The notes beneath the pieces were generated by a model, which made no database searches, was not told where the DNA came from, and was given only the letters and a program-made list of their open reading frames with translations. Below are positions 48,153-60,717 of a stretch of DNA of 64,000 nt, one piece after another. Position 1 is the stretch's first letter. Each line of letters opens with the position of its first letter. The DNA comes from an uncultured Candidatus Marinamargulisbacteria bacterium. Lineage in GTDB: Bacteria > Margulisbacteria > Riflemargulisbacteria > GWF2-35-9 > DYQY01. The translations under genes were made by a program, and so were the position numbers. The stretch spans positions 266,045-330,044 of the forward strand of contig CAYSAQ010000001.1 in assembly GCA_964429235.1 (NCBI GenBank), in the 5' to 3' direction.

Positions 48153-48808
48153 TATGCTTGTTCCTCCTTCTTAGCTTTCTGAGGAATAATATCACCTTTA
48201 TAAATCCATACCTTAATACCAATTTTTCCATACATTGTATTTGCTTCAGTAAAAGCATAATCAATATCTGCTCTTAACGTCTGCAAAGGAACTCTACCTT
48301 CTCTATACCATTCATTTCTTGCAATTTCAGCTCCACCTAAACGGCCACCACATTGCACTTTAATACCTTGAACTCCTGATCTCATTGCTCTTCCAACAAC
48401 TTGCTTCATAGCTCTTCTAAAAGCAATTCTTTTTTCAAGTTGTCTAGCAATAGCCTCTCCTAATATTGGCGCACAAGCATCAATATTTTTCTCTTCAACG
48501 ATATTAACTTTAACATTATCCATGCCAACCATTGTTCTAAGTCTAAAATTTAGCTCTTCAGCTCCAACTCCGCCTTTACCAATGATTACACCTGGTCTTG
48601 CTGCTCTGATAATAACTTCAACAGCTGCTGTTTTTCTTCTAATAGATATTTTAGCAATTCCTGCTCTAGCATATTTAGCTTTTATATAATTTCTTACATC
48701 TTTATCGTTCTTAACAAAAGCTGCATAATTCTTTTCAGAGTACCAAATGCTATCTGAAACTTTGTTTATGCCCATTCTAAATAGTATCGGACTTGTTTTC
48801 TGACCCAT
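48152..48808 (-). CDS. rpsC: 30S ribosomal protein S3
   Basis: 218 aa with [14 protein letters not shown] and a KH domain. Confidence 0.95.
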   Translation of the reverse strand: MGQKTSPILFRMGINKVSDSIWYSEKNYAAFVKNDKDVRNYIKAKYARAGIAKISIRRKTAAVEVIIRAARPGVIIGKGGVGAEELNFRLRTMVGMDNVKVNIVEEKNIDACAPILGEAIARQLEKRIAFRRAMKQVVGRAMRSGVQGIKVQCGGRLGGAEIARNEWYREGRVPLQTLRADIDYAFTEANTMYGKIGIKVWIYKGDIIPQKAKKEEQA

Positions 48809-48810
48809 AA

Positions 48811-49146
48811 TTAATTACCTTCCTTCACTCTAATGGATACATGAGCATATTTCTTCTGTATCCGTGCAGCCTTACCTCTGCTTGCTGCTCTGAATCTTTT
48901 CATAATCAAAGCCTGTCCTGTAAATCCTTCAGAAATAACTAGCTTTGACTCATCCATTTGATAATTATGTACTGCATTAGCTTTTGCTGATTTTACAATG
49001 TTATATAAGATTCTTGCTGGTTTGGTTGGCATAAACTTCAAAACAATAAGTGCTCTGTCTACCTTCATCCCAACTATCTCTTTAATGACTCTATTCACCT
49101 TTGTTGGCGATGTTCTTAAGTATTTACCTGTAGTCAATATTTCCAT
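48811..49146 (-). CDS. rplV: 50S ribosomal protein L22
   Basis: 111 aa with RTSPTKVNRVIKEIVGMKVDRAL. Confidence 0.95.
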   Translation of the reverse strand: MEILTTGKYLRTSPTKVNRVIKEIVGMKVDRALIVLKFMPTKPARILYNIVKSAKANAVHNYQMDESKLVISEGFTGQALIMKRFRAASRGKAARIQKKYAHVSIRVKEGN

Positions 49147-49172
49147 GTTAATTACCTACCTTAGCCCTTCTG

Positions 49173-49433
49173 CTATTTCTTATTATGTCCCCTGTACAAT
49201 CTTGTATGTACAAATTCTCCCAATTTATGCCCAATCATGTTATCAGAGATAAATATTGGGATATGCTTTCTTCCATTATGGATAGCTATTGTAAGCCCCA
49301 TCATTTCAGGTGATACTACTGATCTTCTTGACCATGTTTTAATAACTTTCTTGTCGCCAGTTTCCTTAGCAACTCGTACCTTCTTTATTAAATGGTCGTC
49401 AATAAATGGTCCTTTTTTAAGTGATCTTGCCAT
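49173..49433 (-). CDS. rpsS: 30S ribosomal protein S19
   Basis: 86 aa with [15 protein letters not shown] and [11 protein letters not shown]. Confidence 0.95.
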   Translation of the reverse strand: MARSLKKGPFIDDHLIKKVRVAKETGDKKVIKTWSRRSVVSPEMMGLTIAIHNGRKHIPIFISDNMIGHKLGEFVHTRLYRGHNKK

Positions 49434-49445
49434 CAGTAATTCTCC

Positions 49446-50273
49446 TTACTTCTTTCTGCTTATAATATATTTGCTGCTGTGTTTCTTTTTCTTTCTAGTC
49501 TTATAACCAAGAGCTAGAACGCCAGTAGCTGATACTGGACCAGGTCTTCCAACAGGTGCTTTACCTTCACCACCACCATGTGGATGGTCATTAGGGTTCT
49601 TCGCAGCCCCTCTAACATTAGGTTTTCTGCCTCTGTGGAAATTCTTTCCAGCTTTACCAATTTTAATATTTCTATGTTCTGAATTAGAAACAGCTCCAAT
49701 AGTTGCCTTACATGAAACTCTAATTAATCTTAATTCACCAGATGCAAGCTTTATTGCAGCATAGTCATTTTCCTTTGCCATTAACTGTGCACTAGCTCCA
49801 GCACTTCTTACCAACTGTGCTCCTCTACCTGGTTGCATTTCAATATTATGAATTGTTGTACCAACTGGAATATCCTTAAGTGTTAAACTGTTTCCGATTC
49901 TGATTTCTGCATCTTTACCAGACTCTAAAACATCTCCAACATTTAAGCCAACTGGTGCGATAATATATCTTTTTTCACCATCAATATAATTTAAAAGTGC
50001 AATTCTTGCTGTTCTATTTGGATCATATTCAATAGTAGCAACCCTACATTTGATACCATCTTTATCTCTTTTGAAATCAACAAGACGATAAAACTTTTTA
50101 GCTCCACCTCTTCTATTTTCAACAGTAATTCTACCCTGATTGTTTCTACCTGCTTTTACGTTCTTCTTTACTAATAAAGATTTTTCAGGTTTTGTTGTTG
50201 TAATAGATGCAAAATCAGAAACTACTGTGTTTCTTGTTCCATTAGTCATTGCTTTTAATTTCTTTGTAACCAC
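49446..50273 (-). CDS. rplB: 50S ribosomal protein L2
   Basis: 275 aa with GRNNQGRIT and [13 protein letters not shown]. Confidence 0.95.
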   Translation of the reverse strand: MVTKKLKAMTNGTRNTVVSDFASITTTKPEKSLLVKKNVKAGRNNQGRITVENRRGGAKKFYRLVDFKRDKDGIKCRVATIEYDPNRTARIALLNYIDGEKRYIIAPVGLNVGDVLESGKDAEIRIGNSLTLKDIPVGTTIHNIEMQPGRGAQLVRSAGASAQLMAKENDYAAIKLASGELRLIRVSCKATIGAVSNSEHRNIKIGKAGKNFHRGRKPNVRGAAKNPNDHPHGGGEGKAPVGRPGPVSATGVLALGYKTRKKKKHSSKYIISRKK

Positions 50274-50288
50274 TTGTTCTACCTCTCT

Positions 50289-50573
50289 CTAGCTTAACTT
50301 CTCAAAGCTGCCAATTTTCTGGCCTTCTTTAAGAGTTACAATCGCTTTTTTCCAATCACTTGTTCTTCCAACAAATTTACCCATTCTTTTCTTCTTACCA
50401 TTAACATTAATAGTACGAACTGCTTCAACATTAACTTTGAAATTACTCTCAACAGAATTTTTAATTTCAATTTTGTTAGCATCAGTAGTCACCTTGAATA
50501 CATATTTATTCTCAGCACTCATCATTGAACTTTTTTCAGTTATAACTGGTCCTAGTATTACATTCTTAATCAT
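50289..50573 (-). CDS. rplW: 50S ribosomal protein L23
   Basis: 94 aa with PVITEKSSMMSAENKYVFKV. Confidence 0.93.
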   Translation of the reverse strand: MIKNVILGPVITEKSSMMSAENKYVFKVTTDANKIEIKNSVESNFKVNVEAVRTINVNGKKKRMGKFVGRTSDWKKAIVTLKEGQKIGSFEKLS

Positions 50574-51199
50574 TTTGTATAAATCTCCTCTAGCTGCGCT
50601 ATTGCAGAATCTTCAATTATTATCGAACTAGCATTAAGAATATCGTAAACATTTAAACCATAAACACTGGTCACTCCAAGATTATTATAATTTCCAATAA
50701 CAGCCTCTCTACTAGCCTTATCTTTAGAAACATATAAAATTCTTTTATCATCTAATTTCTTTTCAGAAACTATTTTAGCGAAATCATTAGTTTTTGCAAT
50801 TACAGATGAAAATTTATCTGTTCCTTCAAATACTAATAAGTTATCTAGCTTAGATGTAAGTGCACCTAATAATGCTTGTCTTTTAACCTTTTTATTAATC
50901 TTTGTAGCTCTTTTTAATCCTTGAGGACCAAAAGTAACTCCACCACCAACCCATAGAGGGGATGTATTTGTTCCAGCTCTTGCTCTACCAGTTCCCTTTT
51001 GGTTCCATGGTTTAGCTCCGCCACCTCTAACATCAGAACGTCCTTTAGCTTTAGAATTCATTGATCTCTTCTGGTGAAGATAATCCTTAACTACAAAGTG
51101 AAACATTTCTATGCTAGCTTTTTGCCCTAAAACCTTAGCGGTTATATCAAGGCTTCCGTCTTGCTTTTTCTCTAAATTATAACTATTTACTTTTACCAT
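50570..51199 (-). CDS. rplD: 50S ribosomal protein L4
   Basis: 209 aa with GGGAKPWNQKGTGRARAGT. Confidence 0.95.
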   Translation of the reverse strand: MVKVNSYNLEKKQDGSLDITAKVLGQKASIEMFHFVVKDYLHQKRSMNSKAKGRSDVRGGGAKPWNQKGTGRARAGTNTSPLWVGGGVTFGPQGLKRATKINKKVKRQALLGALTSKLDNLLVFEGTDKFSSVIAKTNDFAKIVSEKKLDDKRILYVSKDKASREAVIGNYNNLGVTSVYGLNVYDILNASSIIIEDSAIAQLEEIYTK

Positions 51200-51220
51200 T
51201 GTTATTTCCTACCACCTATC

Positions 51221-51844
51221 TTAGTTATATAGAACTACTTCAGAACCGTTAGCTCCTGGTACAGCTCCCTTAACCAAAACAAGCCCTTTTTCTTGATCAA
51301 TCTTAACAATTTTAAGATTTTTTATTGTAACCAATTCATTACCATGATGTCCTGGCATCTTCTGACCCTTCCAAACTTTTCCAGGTGAAGTACCAGCTCC
51401 GATTGAACCACATCTTCTATGATTCTTCGAACCATGTGCCATTGGCCCAATAGAGAAATTATGTCTCTTCACTGTTCCTGTAAATCCTCTACCTTTAGTA
51501 GCACCTTGAGCATTTACCTTCTCACTAATTTCGAATATTGAAACATCAAGTGATGATCCGATCTCGAACCCCGATACATCCTTTAATCTTAACTCTTTTA
51601 TCTTTCGATATAAGCTTTCAACAGCTTTGAACTGTCCTTGATTTGGTTTGCTTACTTTTGATTCTTTGGCAGCAATATAACCAACCCTGATAGACTCATA
51701 TCCATCATTCTCAATTGTTTTCTTTTGAACTACTTTATTTTCTAATAATTGTAAAACCGTTACAGGAACTGCTTCTCCAATTTCATTAAAAAGTTTAGTC
51801 ATCCCAACTTTTTTTGTTAATAAACCCTTGTTAATTTGTTTCAT
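51221..51844 (-). CDS. rplC: 50S ribosomal protein L3
   Basis: 207 aa with GLLTKKVGMTKLF and KGRGFTGTVKRHNF. Confidence 0.95.
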   Translation of the reverse strand: MKQINKGLLTKKVGMTKLFNEIGEAVPVTVLQLLENKVVQKKTIENDGYESIRVGYIAAKESKVSKPNQGQFKAVESLYRKIKELRLKDVSGFEIGSSLDVSIFEISEKVNAQGATKGRGFTGTVKRHNFSIGPMAHGSKNHRRCGSIGAGTSPGKVWKGQKMPGHHGNELVTIKNLKIVKIDQEKGLVLVKGAVPGANGSEVVLYN

Positions 51845-51877
51845 TTTCTTCTACCTATTTCCCAAATTTAGACTGTA

Positions 51878-52225
51878 CTAATTTAGTTTAATTTCTACGT
51901 CTATTCCTGCTGGTAAGTCCAACTGCATCAATGCGTCAATCGTAGATGCCGGAGGATTTACTATGTCTATCAACCTCTTGTGCGTCCTGATCTCTAAATG
52001 TTCTCCACCTCTTTTGTTTACGTGAGGTGATTTCAATATACAAAAAACATTTTTCTCAGTAGGCAAAGGCACAGGCCCGATGACTTTTGCACCAGACCTC
52101 TGCGCTGTTTTCACAATCTTTTCACTGGACTGATCTAGAACTCTGTAATCAAAAGCCTTAAGCTTAATTCTTACTTTCTGTGCTACTTTTACTGTAGTTT
52201 GTACTGTTGTGCTGTTTTTTGTCAT
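51878..52225 (-). CDS. rpsJ: 30S ribosomal protein S10
   Basis: 115 aa with [18 protein letters not shown]. It carries about 13 extra N-terminal residues relative to typical S10, and the start is unverified. Confidence 0.92.
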   Translation of the reverse strand: MTKNSTTVQTTVKVAQKVRIKLKAFDYRVLDQSSEKIVKTAQRSGAKVIGPVPLPTEKNVFCILKSPHVNKRGGEHLEIRTHKRLIDIVNPPASTIDALMQLDLPAGIDVEIKLN

Positions 52226-52254
52226 TTTTTTTACTTCCTTATTTATGTACTAAC

Positions 52255-53454
52255 TTACTTAAGTATTTCAGTTACTACACCAGCTCCAACTGTTCTTCCG
52301 CCTTCACGGATTGCAAATCTTAAACCTTTTTCAATCGCGATTGGTGTAATTAAATCAACAACCATATTCACGTTATCACCAGGCATTACCATTTCAACGT
52401 TTTCTGGCAACTCAATTGAACCAGTTACATCTGTTGTTCTCATATAGAATTGTGGTCTATATCCTTTAAAGAATGGAGTGTGTCTTCCACCTTCTTCTTT
52501 TTTAAGAACATATACTTCAGCTCTAAAGTTAGTATGTGGAGTTATCGCTCCTTTATGTGCAAGAACCTGACCTCTGAAAAGATCTTTCTTCTCAACACCT
52601 CTTAATAAAACACCAACGTTATCGCCTGCTCTACCTTCATCAAGAGTTTTTCTAAACATCTCAACTCCAGTTACAACATATTTAGCTGGTTTTTCAGTCA
52701 TACCAACAACTTCTATCTCTTCGCCAGTTTTAACAATTCCTCTTTCGATTCTACCTGTTGCAACTGTTCCTCTACCAGTAATAGAGAACACATCTTCGAC
52801 AGGCATTAGAAATGCTTTTTCAGTGTCTCTTTCTGGAGTAGGGATATACTCATCAACTTTAGCCATTAAGCCTAAAATTGCTTGAACATCAGCATTACTA
52901 GGGTCAGAAGCATTATCTAATGCTTTTAAAGCCGATCCTTGCATTACAGGAATGTTATCACCATCAAAACCATACTGTGTTAGTAATTCTCTTACTTCCA
53001 TCTCAACTAATTCGATTAGCTCAGGATCATCAACCATATCTGTCTTATTTAAGAAAACAACGATATGAGGTACGTTTACCTGATTTGCTAATAGGATATG
53101 CTCTCTAGTTTGAGGCATAGGACCATCAGCTGCAGATACAACTAAAATCGCTCCGTCCATCTGTGCAGCACCTGTAATCATATTTTTTACATAATCAGCG
53201 TGACCTGGACAGTCAACGTGAGCATAGTGTCTACCCTCTGTTTCATATTCTACGTGAGCTGTATTAATAGTAATACCTCTCTCTTTTTCTTCAGGTGCAC
53301 TATCAATCGCATCATATGCCATTGCCTTTGTACCACCTTGTACTGCTAATACAGTTGTAATTGCTGCTGTTAACGTAGTCTTACCATGGTCAACGTGACC
53401 AATAGTACCTATATTTATGTGTGGTTTGTTTCTTTCAAATTTTTCTCTAGCCAT
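52255..53454 (-). CDS. tuf: elongation factor Tu
   Basis: 399 aa with [18 protein letters not shown] and NKTD. Confidence 0.98.
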   Translation of the reverse strand: MAREKFERNKPHINIGTIGHVDHGKTTLTAAITTVLAVQGGTKAMAYDAIDSAPEEKERGITINTAHVEYETEGRHYAHVDCPGHADYVKNMITGAAQMDGAILVVSAADGPMPQTREHILLANQVNVPHIVVFLNKTDMVDDPELIELVEMEVRELLTQYGFDGDNIPVMQGSALKALDNASDPSNADVQAILGLMAKVDEYIPTPERDTEKAFLMPVEDVFSITGRGTVATGRIERGIVKTGEEIEVVGMTEKPAKYVVTGVEMFRKTLDEGRAGDNVGVLLRGVEKKDLFRGQVLAHKGAITPHTNFRAEVYVLKKEEGGRHTPFFKGYRPQFYMRTTDVTGSIELPENVEMVMPGDNVNMVVDLITPIAIEKGLRFAIREGGRTVGAGVVTEILK

Positions 53455-53474
53455 TTTTCATCTCCTCCTTTTAA

Positions 53475-55559
53475 TTATTTACCTTGTGATTTTGCAATAA
53501 CTGCTTCTGCAGTATTCTTTGGCACTTCATCATATGCAGTAAACTGCATAGTGTAATCACCTCTACCCTGAGTTTTACTTCTTAGGGAGGTGGAATACCC
53601 AAACATTTCAGCTAACGGCACTTTTGCCTTAACTTTTTGGTTCTTGCCTTGAGGCTCCATTCCTTCAATTCTTCCTCTTCTAGAGTTAAGGTCTCCAATT
53701 ACATCGCCCATATTATCTTCAGGACAAACAACCTCAACATCCATTAAAGGCTCTAAAAGAATAGGACTTGCTTTTAGTGCACCCTCTTTTAATGCCATAG
53801 AACCTGCAATCTTAAACGCCATTTCATTAGAGTCAACTTCATGAAATGTACCATCATATAACGTAGCCTTAACATCTACTAATGGGAATCCAGCAAGGAC
53901 ACCATTTAACATAGCTTCTTTAATACCTTTTTCAACAGCTGGAATATATTCTTTTGGAATAGATCCGCCTTTAATCTTGTCTTCGAATTCGAATCCTGAT
54001 CCACTCTCTCTAGCTTCGAATTTAATACAAACGTGACCATACTGACCTCTACCACCAGATTGCTTAACAAACTTAGATTCTTGATCAGATGAACCTTTGA
54101 TAGTTTCTTTATATGCAACCTGTGGTTTCCCAACGTTTGCATCAACTTTAAACTCTCTAAGTAATCTATCAACAATAATTTCTAAATGAAGCTCACCCAT
54201 GCCAGCGATGATTGTTTGATTTGTTTCATGGTCAACATGAACTTTAAATGTAGGATCTTCTTCGGCTAACTTAGCTAATGCTGTAGATAGCTTCTCTTGA
54301 TCTGCTTTTGTTTTTGGTTCAATAGCAACTGCTATTACTGGTTCTGGAAATTCCATGGACTCTAATATTACTTTATGATTTGCATCACTTAATGTATCGC
54401 CTGTAGTTGAAACTTTTAAACCAACAACTGCTGCGATATCTCCTGTTGAAATTTCATCCATTTCTTCACGAGTATTAGAATGCATTAATAACAATCTTCC
54501 AACTCTTTCTTTCTTATCTTTACTTGTATTTATAACGTAAGATCCTGCTTTTAATTTCCCAGAATAAACTCTTACATAAGTTAATTTTCCAACAAATGGA
54601 TCAGTAGCAATCTTAAATGATAATGCTGAAAATGGTTCATCATCAGACGCTTTTCTTTCAATCTCTTCACCAGTAGTTGCGTCAATGCCTTTAATAGCAG
54701 GAACATCTATTGGCGCCGGTAGATAATCAATAACAGCATCAAGTAATGTCTGAACACCTTTGTTCTTAAATGCAGTACCACAAAAAGCTGGAATAATTTC
54801 ACATTGAACTACGCCTTTTCTGATGCCTTGTTTAACTTCTTCATTAGTAAGATCGCCTTCTTCAAAGTACTTTTCCATTAATTTATCATCAAACTCAGCA
54901 GCTTTTTCTACTAATGCGTCATAATACATATCCACAGTTTCTTTAAGATCTTCTGGACACTCTTCTACTTCATAGCTCTGACCTAAGTCTTCACCCTTCC
55001 ATACATATGCTTTCTTTGTAAGAACGTCTACAACGCCTTGGAAGTTATCTTCAGAACCGATAGGAACTTGCATAACAACTGGATGTCCACCATCTAATTT
55101 TTCTTTGATTTGATCGATTACCATAAAGTAATCAGCACCAATTCTATCCATTTTATTTACGAATGCTAATCTTGGAACGCTATATCTTGTAGCTTGTCTC
55201 CATACAGTCTCAGACTGAGGCTGAACGCCACCAACTGCACAGAATACAGCAACAACACCATCAAGTACTCTTAATGATCTTTCTACTTCAACAGTGAAAT
55301 CTACGTGACCTGGTGTGTCTATAATGTTAATTCTATTATCTTTCCAAAAACAAGTTGTAGCAGCAGAAGTAATAGTAATACCTCTTTCCTGCTCTTGTAC
55401 CATCCAGTCCATAGTAGCTTCGCCATCATGAACTTCACCAATCTTATAACTCTTACCAGTGTAATAAAGAATACGCTCTGTTACCGTTGTTTTACCAGCA
55501 TCAATGTGAGCAGCAATTCCTATATTTCTTAATTTATCTAATTTAACTTTCTTAGCCAC
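53475..55559 (-). CDS. fusA: elongation factor G
   Basis: 694 aa with [17 protein letters not shown] and NKMD. Confidence 0.98.
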   Translation of the reverse strand: MAKKVKLDKLRNIGIAAHIDAGKTTVTERILYYTGKSYKIGEVHDGEATMDWMVQEQERGITITSAATTCFWKDNRINIIDTPGHVDFTVEVERSLRVLDGVVAVFCAVGGVQPQSETVWRQATRYSVPRLAFVNKMDRIGADYFMVIDQIKEKLDGGHPVVMQVPIGSEDNFQGVVDVLTKKAYVWKGEDLGQSYEVEECPEDLKETVDMYYDALVEKAAEFDDKLMEKYFEEGDLTNEEVKQGIRKGVVQCEIIPAFCGTAFKNKGVQTLLDAVIDYLPAPIDVPAIKGIDATTGEEIERKASDDEPFSALSFKIATDPFVGKLTYVRVYSGKLKAGSYVINTSKDKKERVGRLLLMHSNTREEMDEISTGDIAAVVGLKVSTTGDTLSDANHKVILESMEFPEPVIAVAIEPKTKADQEKLSTALAKLAEEDPTFKVHVDHETNQTIIAGMGELHLEIIVDRLLREFKVDANVGKPQVAYKETIKGSSDQESKFVKQSGGRGQYGHVCIKFEARESGSGFEFEDKIKGGSIPKEYIPAVEKGIKEAMLNGVLAGFPLVDVKATLYDGTFHEVDSNEMAFKIAGSMALKEGALKASPILLEPLMDVEVVCPEDNMGDVIGDLNSRRGRIEGMEPQGKNQKVKAKVPLAEMFGYSTSLRSKTQGRGDYTMQFTAYDEVPKNTAEAVIAKSQGK

Positions 55560-55575
55560 TTATTGTCTCCTATTA

Positions 55576-56049
55576 TTAAAACCTAAAATGTGCGAAAGCT
55601 TTATTAGCTTCTGCCATTCTATGTACATCATCTTTTTTCTTTACAGAAGCACCAGTGCCCTCTGCAGCTTCCATCAATTCTCTTGCTAATTTCTCTACCA
55701 TTGATTTTCCGTTTCTATCTTTTGCATATTTAACTATCCAACGGAAAGATAATGATACAGCTCTCTTTTTTCTAACTTCCATAGGAACCTGGTAAGTAGC
55801 TCCACCAACTCTTCTACTTTTTACTTCCATAAGTGGTGTTGCATTTTTAATTGCATCATTAAAAACTTTAAAAGGATCTTCTCCTTTTTTAACTTCAGCA
55901 ATCTTGTCTAAAGCAGCGTAAAAAATATTACGAACTTTATCTTTCTTTCCATCTAACATTAACCTGTTAATGAATTTTGTAACTAATACGCTATTATAAC
56001 GCACATCTGGTTCTACTTTTCTCTCTACACTTCCTCTTCTTCTAGACAT
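55576..56049 (-). CDS. rpsG: 30S ribosomal protein S7
   Basis: 157 aa with MSRRRGSVERKVEPDVRYNS. Confidence 0.96.
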   Translation of the reverse strand: MSRRRGSVERKVEPDVRYNSVLVTKFINRLMLDGKKDKVRNIFYAALDKIAEVKKGEDPFKVFNDAIKNATPLMEVKSRRVGGATYQVPMEVRKKRAVSLSFRWIVKYAKDRNGKSMVEKLARELMEAAEGTGASVKKKDDVHRMAEANKAFAHFRF

Positions 56050-56060
56050 CTTCTATTCTC

Positions 56061-56435
56061 CTACTTCTTCACTCTTTTAGCGCCGTACTTAGATCTTCCA
56101 CGTCTACGCTCTTGAACACCAGTTGTGTCTAAATTACCACGAACAACGTGATATCTCACACCCGGTAAATCTTTAACTCTTCCACCTCTTACAAGAACAA
56201 CTGAGTGCTCCTGAAGATTATGGCCTTCTCCACCAATATAAGCAGCAACCTCATAACCGTTAGTCAACCTTACTCTTGCAACTTTTCTAAGTGCGGAATT
56301 AGGTTTCTTTGGAGTTGCAGTATAAACTCTAGTACATACTCCTCTTCTTTGTGGGCAAGCTTGTAAAGCAGGAACATCGTTCTTTACTTTCTTACTTTTT
56401 CTACCCTTCCTTACTAACTGATTAATAGTAGGCAT
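56061..56435 (-). CDS. rpsL: 30S ribosomal protein S12
   Basis: 124 aa with [13 protein letters not shown] and [16 protein letters not shown]. Confidence 0.97.
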   Translation of the reverse strand: MPTINQLVRKGRKSKKVKNDVPALQACPQRRGVCTRVYTATPKKPNSALRKVARVRLTNGYEVAAYIGGEGHNLQEHSVVLVRGGRVKDLPGVRYHVVRGNLDTTGVQERRRGRSKYGAKRVKK

Positions 56436-56476
56436 TTCTACTCCTTTTTATTCATTATTTTTAGACAACGCCTGGT

Positions 56477-56506
56477 ATTCTAGCTTAAGATACCAGGCTT
56501 TGTCAA
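56477..56506 (-). promoter_or_regulatory. Candidate str-operon promoter (rpsL-rpsG-fusA-tuf)
   Basis: Minus strand reads TTGACA (56506-56501), an 18-nt spacer and TAGAAT (56482-56477). The rpsL ATG is about 41 nt downstream and has a GGAG RBS. Confidence 0.5.
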
Positions 56507-56532
56507 CTACAAAACTTTACATCAATAATAAT

Positions 56533-59500
56533 CTATATTTCCAGCTCCAAAGCCTCATCTACCTTAGGTTCTAGAGTGGATTTAAGAGTGACTGGAACCT
56601 TCGCATAAAAGCCTGTTCCAGCAGGTATTAATTTACCAATAATAACATTCTCTTTTAATCCATACATTTCATCAACTTTACCTCTAATTGCTGCATCCGT
56701 AAGAACCTTTGCAGTTTCCTGGAAAGATGCGGCAGAAATAAATGACTCTGTATTCAATGATGCCTTAGTAATACCAAGCAATATTCTCTCTCCGACAGAC
56801 ACTTCTTTGTCCTGTTCGATAAGAGCTTTATTCTCATGCATAAACTGATTGATATCCATAAGTTCACCAGGTAACATTGTTGAATCTCCCATTGAAGAAA
56901 TCTTAACCTTCTTAGTCATCTGTCTTATGATAACCTCAGCATGTTTATCGTTGATAGTTACTCCCTGTCCACGATATACCTTCTGAACTTCTTCTAATAG
57001 ATACTCTTGCACTGCCTGTACTCCTAAGACCGCTAATATGTCATGAGGTGAAACGACACCCTCTGTAATTAATGATCCCTTAGCAAGCACATCTCCATTT
57101 TGGACAATAATTCTGCTATCTAATGGAATCTTGTAATCTACTTTACCGTCATCGTTGAAAACAGTAACAATTTTTTGAATATCCTTGTTGCCAATCTCAA
57201 CTGTACCAGCTAGTGCAGAAATGATTGATTTATTCTTAGATGTTCTTGCTTCAAAAAGAGCTTCAATTTTTGGTAGTCCAGCAACAATATCTCTTGCTTT
57301 AGCACCTAGGTTTGATTTCTTTTCTTTCTTAAGAACTTCATTCTTAGCAATCATCTCTCCTGGTTTTCTGAAAAGTATAGCGCCCGGTGCTAAATGATAA
57401 GTTCTAGCAGGAACTACATCGATTCCACGTTCAGATACACTGATAACTAAACCAGCCTCTTCAGCTTTAATCTTTGTAGAAATACTTTCACCTGCATTTA
57501 GGTATTGACCTTCAGCAACCTTAACTTTGTCTCCAGAAACAATTTTGTAATTTATAACTTTCTTTTTATCAATTAGATAAATCTCGCCTTCTGTCTTAGC
57601 AGCATAGTTAACAACTTTTCCGTTAACTACGTTATCTACTACCTCAAGATTTCTAGAATAATAAACTTCTCCAGATATATTTACTTTAAGAAATTCAACT
57701 GTTGGTTCGTGAGTAAAGATATTCTCGCCTTTTTTAATCTTATCTTTATTACTAACAACAATCTCAGATCCCTCTGCAACATTAATAGACTGATCTTTAC
57801 CATCTTTGCCAATGATTTGAATAGTACCTGCTGAAGTAACTACTTTAACAGCGTCACCATACTCATCAATAAGATTTTGTGTGCCAATCTTATTAAGAAA
57901 TTTAACAGTACCATCAAAATCAGCTGTCATTTCAATCTTAGACGCTCTTGAAAGGTCAACTCCACCAGTGTGGAAAGTTCTCATTGTTAACTGAGTACCA
58001 GGTTCACCAATTGACTGAGCAGCAATAATACCTACTGCTTCTCCAAGATTAATTAACTGTCTACTACTTAAATCTTCACCATAACATTTCTGACAAAGAC
58101 CTCGTTTAGCCTCACAAGTAATTACTGAACGTACTTGAACTTCTTCAATTCCAGTAGCAACAACTCTGTTAGCCATTTCTGATGTAATTGTTTGATCTTC
58201 ATTAACAATAACTTCGCCAGTTTCTTTATCTACAACTTTTTCTAAACAAACTCTACCAGTGAGTCTTTCTTTAAGAGAAATAAGTTCACCATAGTCTTCT
58301 TTAATAGCTGTAACTCTCACACCTTGTTTAGTATGACAATCTGGTTCAGTAATCATAATATCTTGACCAATGTCCACTAAACGTCTTGTTAGATAACCAG
58401 AGTCAGCAGTACGTAATGCTGTATCAACCAAACCTTTTCTAGCACCATATGTTGAAATAAAGTACTCAGTAGAAGTTAAACCTTCTCTAAAGTTTGTAAG
58501 AATAGGAATGTCAACTGTACTACCAGTTGCATCTGCCATAAGTCCTCTCATACCAGCTAACTGTTTAACTTGGTCAATACTACCTCTAGCACCAGAGTTC
58601 GCCATCATAAATACATTATTAAGCTCACTAAATCCATCGCTCATAGCTGTAGTTACTTTATCAACAGTTGTTCTCCATACTTCCAATTCTCTTGCTTTTC
58701 TTTCAGCATCACTAATAATTTCTCTTTCCTTAAGATCTTCAATCTTTGCTACCTCAAGTTTAGCTTGAGCTAGAATAGCTTTCTTTTCTGGAGGAACACG
58801 AAGATCATCAATTGCTATTGATACGCCTGCTTTAGTTGCATAAGAAAACCCTACGTTCTTTAGCTCATCTGCTAATGCTGCTGTAACATTTTCGCCATAA
58901 GCACCATGCCATTCTGAAATAAGATCTGATAACTGTCTTTTACCAACTACCTCATTAAAGAACTTTTGTGGAGGTAAATCTAAGTTTTCTAATGATTCTG
59001 CAATAGCAGCATTAAAAAGAACTCTACCTACGGTAGTGTCTAGCAAGCCATCATTATATCTAACTGTGATTCTTGTGTGCATAGAAACAGCACCCATATC
59101 ATAAGATTTTTGCACATCTGTAAAACTGTAGAATAATCTAGGTTTTAGAGACATCATATCTTTATCCGTAATTGTTAAGTAATAAATACCTAATACCATA
59201 TCCTGTGTAGGAGTGATGATAGATCTTCCGTTTGAAGGAGCTAAAACATTATTATTAGCAAGCATTAATAATCTTGCTTCTGTTTTTGCTTCAACTGTTA
59301 ATGGAATATGGATTGCCATTTGGTCACCATCAAAGTCAGCATTAAACGCAGTACATACTAATGGATGAAGCTGAATAGCTTTACCTTCAACAAGTACAGG
59401 TTCGAAAGCCTGGATACCTAATCTGTGAAGAGTAGGAGCACGGTTTAGCATTACTGGATAACCATCAATGATATCTTCTAATACATCCCATACTTCAACA

Positions 59501-60696
59501 TCTTTTCTTTCAATCTTTCTCTTTGCACTCTTTACATTTTGTACATGTCCCTGTTCAACTAACTGTCTAATTACAAAAGGTTTAAAAAGCTCAAGAGCCA
59601 TTTTCTTTGGAAGACCACACTGATGAATTTTCAAGTGAGGACCAACAACAATTACAGAACGACCAGAATAATCTACACGTTTACCAAGTAAGTTCTGGCG
59701 AAAACGTCCGTTCTTACCTTGGATAATATCACTAAGTGATTTAAGAGGTCTGCCATTACTTCCAGTAACAACTCTTCCTCTTCTACCATTATTAATAAGA
59801 ACATCCACAGCTTCCTGTAACATTCTCATCTCATTCTTAACAATCATGTTTGGTGCACCAATATCTAATAATCTCTTAAGTCTGTTATTTCTATTAATAA
59901 CTCTTCTATATAAATCATTTAAATCTGAAGTTGCAAATCTTCCACCTTCTAACTGAACCATTGGTCTTAAATCAGGTGGCATTATTGGCACAGCGTCCAT
60001 AACCATCCACTCTGGTCTATTTCCTGAAGTTAGGAAAGAATCAACTACTCTATATCTCTTTGTAAGCTTCAAACGCTTTTGATTTGTAGAATCTTTGATG
60101 TCTTCTTTTAGTTCAGCTAATAGCTTTCTTAGGTCAAGCTTCTTTAATAGATTCTTGATTGCCTTTGCTCCGATATCAGCTTTAAACTTATCTCCATACT
60201 TTTCTTTTAACTCATAGTATTGTTGCTCAGAAATTCTTTGTTTTACTTCTAATATAGCTTCTAACTCTGGATTAACATCAATAATGATGTAGCTATCATA
60301 GTAAACAACTTCTTCTAAAGCTTTAACAGTCATATCTAAAAGAACACCCATAAATGAAGGCACGCCTTTTAAATACCAAATGTGAGTAACAGGTGCAGCT
60401 AATTCAATATGCCCCATTCTTTCTCTTCTTACTTTAGAGTGAGTTACTTCAACTCCACATCTTTCACAAACAATTCCTCTATATCTAACTCTTCTGTACT
60501 TACCACAAGAACATTCCCAATCCTTTACCGGTCCAAAAATTCTTTCACAGAATAAACCGTTTCGTTCTGGGCGGAAAGTTCTATAGTTGATAGTTTCAGG
60601 CTTAGTGACCTCACCATGAGACCATAGTCTGATTCTTTCAGCAGAGGCAAGCGTAATCTTTAGTTTTTTAAATTCATCATAGCTCTTAATTAACAT
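56533..60696 (-). CDS. rpoC: DNA-directed RNA polymerase subunit beta' (single polypeptide)
   Basis: 1387 aa with the zinc motif CSCGKY...CERCGVEV and the catalytic [10 protein letters not shown]. Confidence 0.98.
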   Translation of the reverse strand: MLIKSYDEFKKLKITLASAERIRLWSHGEVTKPETINYRTFRPERNGLFCERIFGPVKDWECSCGKYRRVRYRGIVCERCGVEVTHSKVRRERMGHIELAAPVTHIWYLKGVPSFMGVLLDMTVKALEEVVYYDSYIIIDVNPELEAILEVKQRISEQQYYELKEKYGDKFKADIGAKAIKNLLKKLDLRKLLAELKEDIKDSTNQKRLKLTKRYRVVDSFLTSGNRPEWMVMDAVPIMPPDLRPMVQLEGGRFATSDLNDLYRRVINRNNRLKRLLDIGAPNMIVKNEMRMLQEAVDVLINNGRRGRVVTGSNGRPLKSLSDIIQGKNGRFRQNLLGKRVDYSGRSVIVVGPHLKIHQCGLPKKMALELFKPFVIRQLVEQGHVQNVKSAKRKIERKDVEVWDVLEDIIDGYPVMLNRAPTLHRLGIQAFEPVLVEGKAIQLHPLVCTAFNADFDGDQMAIHIPLTVEAKTEARLLMLANNNVLAPSNGRSIITPTQDMVLGIYYLTITDKDMMSLKPRLFYSFTDVQKSYDMGAVSMHTRITVRYNDGLLDTTVGRVLFNAAIAESLENLDLPPQKFFNEVVGKRQLSDLISEWHGAYGENVTAALADELKNVGFSYATKAGVSIAIDDLRVPPEKKAILAQAKLEVAKIEDLKEREIISDAERKARELEVWRTTVDKVTTAMSDGFSELNNVFMMANSGARGSIDQVKQLAGMRGLMADATGSTVDIPILTNFREGLTSTEYFISTYGARKGLVDTALRTADSGYLTRRLVDIGQDIMITEPDCHTKQGVRVTAIKEDYGELISLKERLTGRVCLEKVVDKETGEVIVNEDQTITSEMANRVVATGIEEVQVRSVITCEAKRGLCQKCYGEDLSSRQLINLGEAVGIIAAQSIGEPGTQLTMRTFHTGGVDLSRASKIEMTADFDGTVKFLNKIGTQNLIDEYGDAVKVVTSAGTIQIIGKDGKDQSINVAEGSEIVVSNKDKIKKGENIFTHEPTVEFLKVNISGEVYYSRNLEVVDNVVNGKVVNYAAKTEGEIYLIDKKKVINYKIVSGDKVKVAEGQYLNAGESISTKIKAEEAGLVISVSERGIDVVPARTYHLAPGAILFRKPGEMIAKNEVLKKEKKSNLGAKARDIVAGLPKIEALFEARTSKNKSIISALAGTVEIGNKDIQKIVTVFNDDGKVDYKIPLDSRIIVQNGDVLAKGSLITEGVVSPHDILAVLGVQAVQEYLLEEVQKVYRGQGVTINDKHAEVIIRQMTKKVKISSMGDSTMLPGELMDINQFMHENKALIEQDKEVSVGERILLGITKASLNTESFISAASFQETAKVLTDAAIRGKVDEMYGLKENVIIGKLIPAGTGFYAKVPVTLKSTLEPKVDEALELEI

Positions 60697-60717
60697 ATCA
60701 GCTTCACGTCTCCTTTA

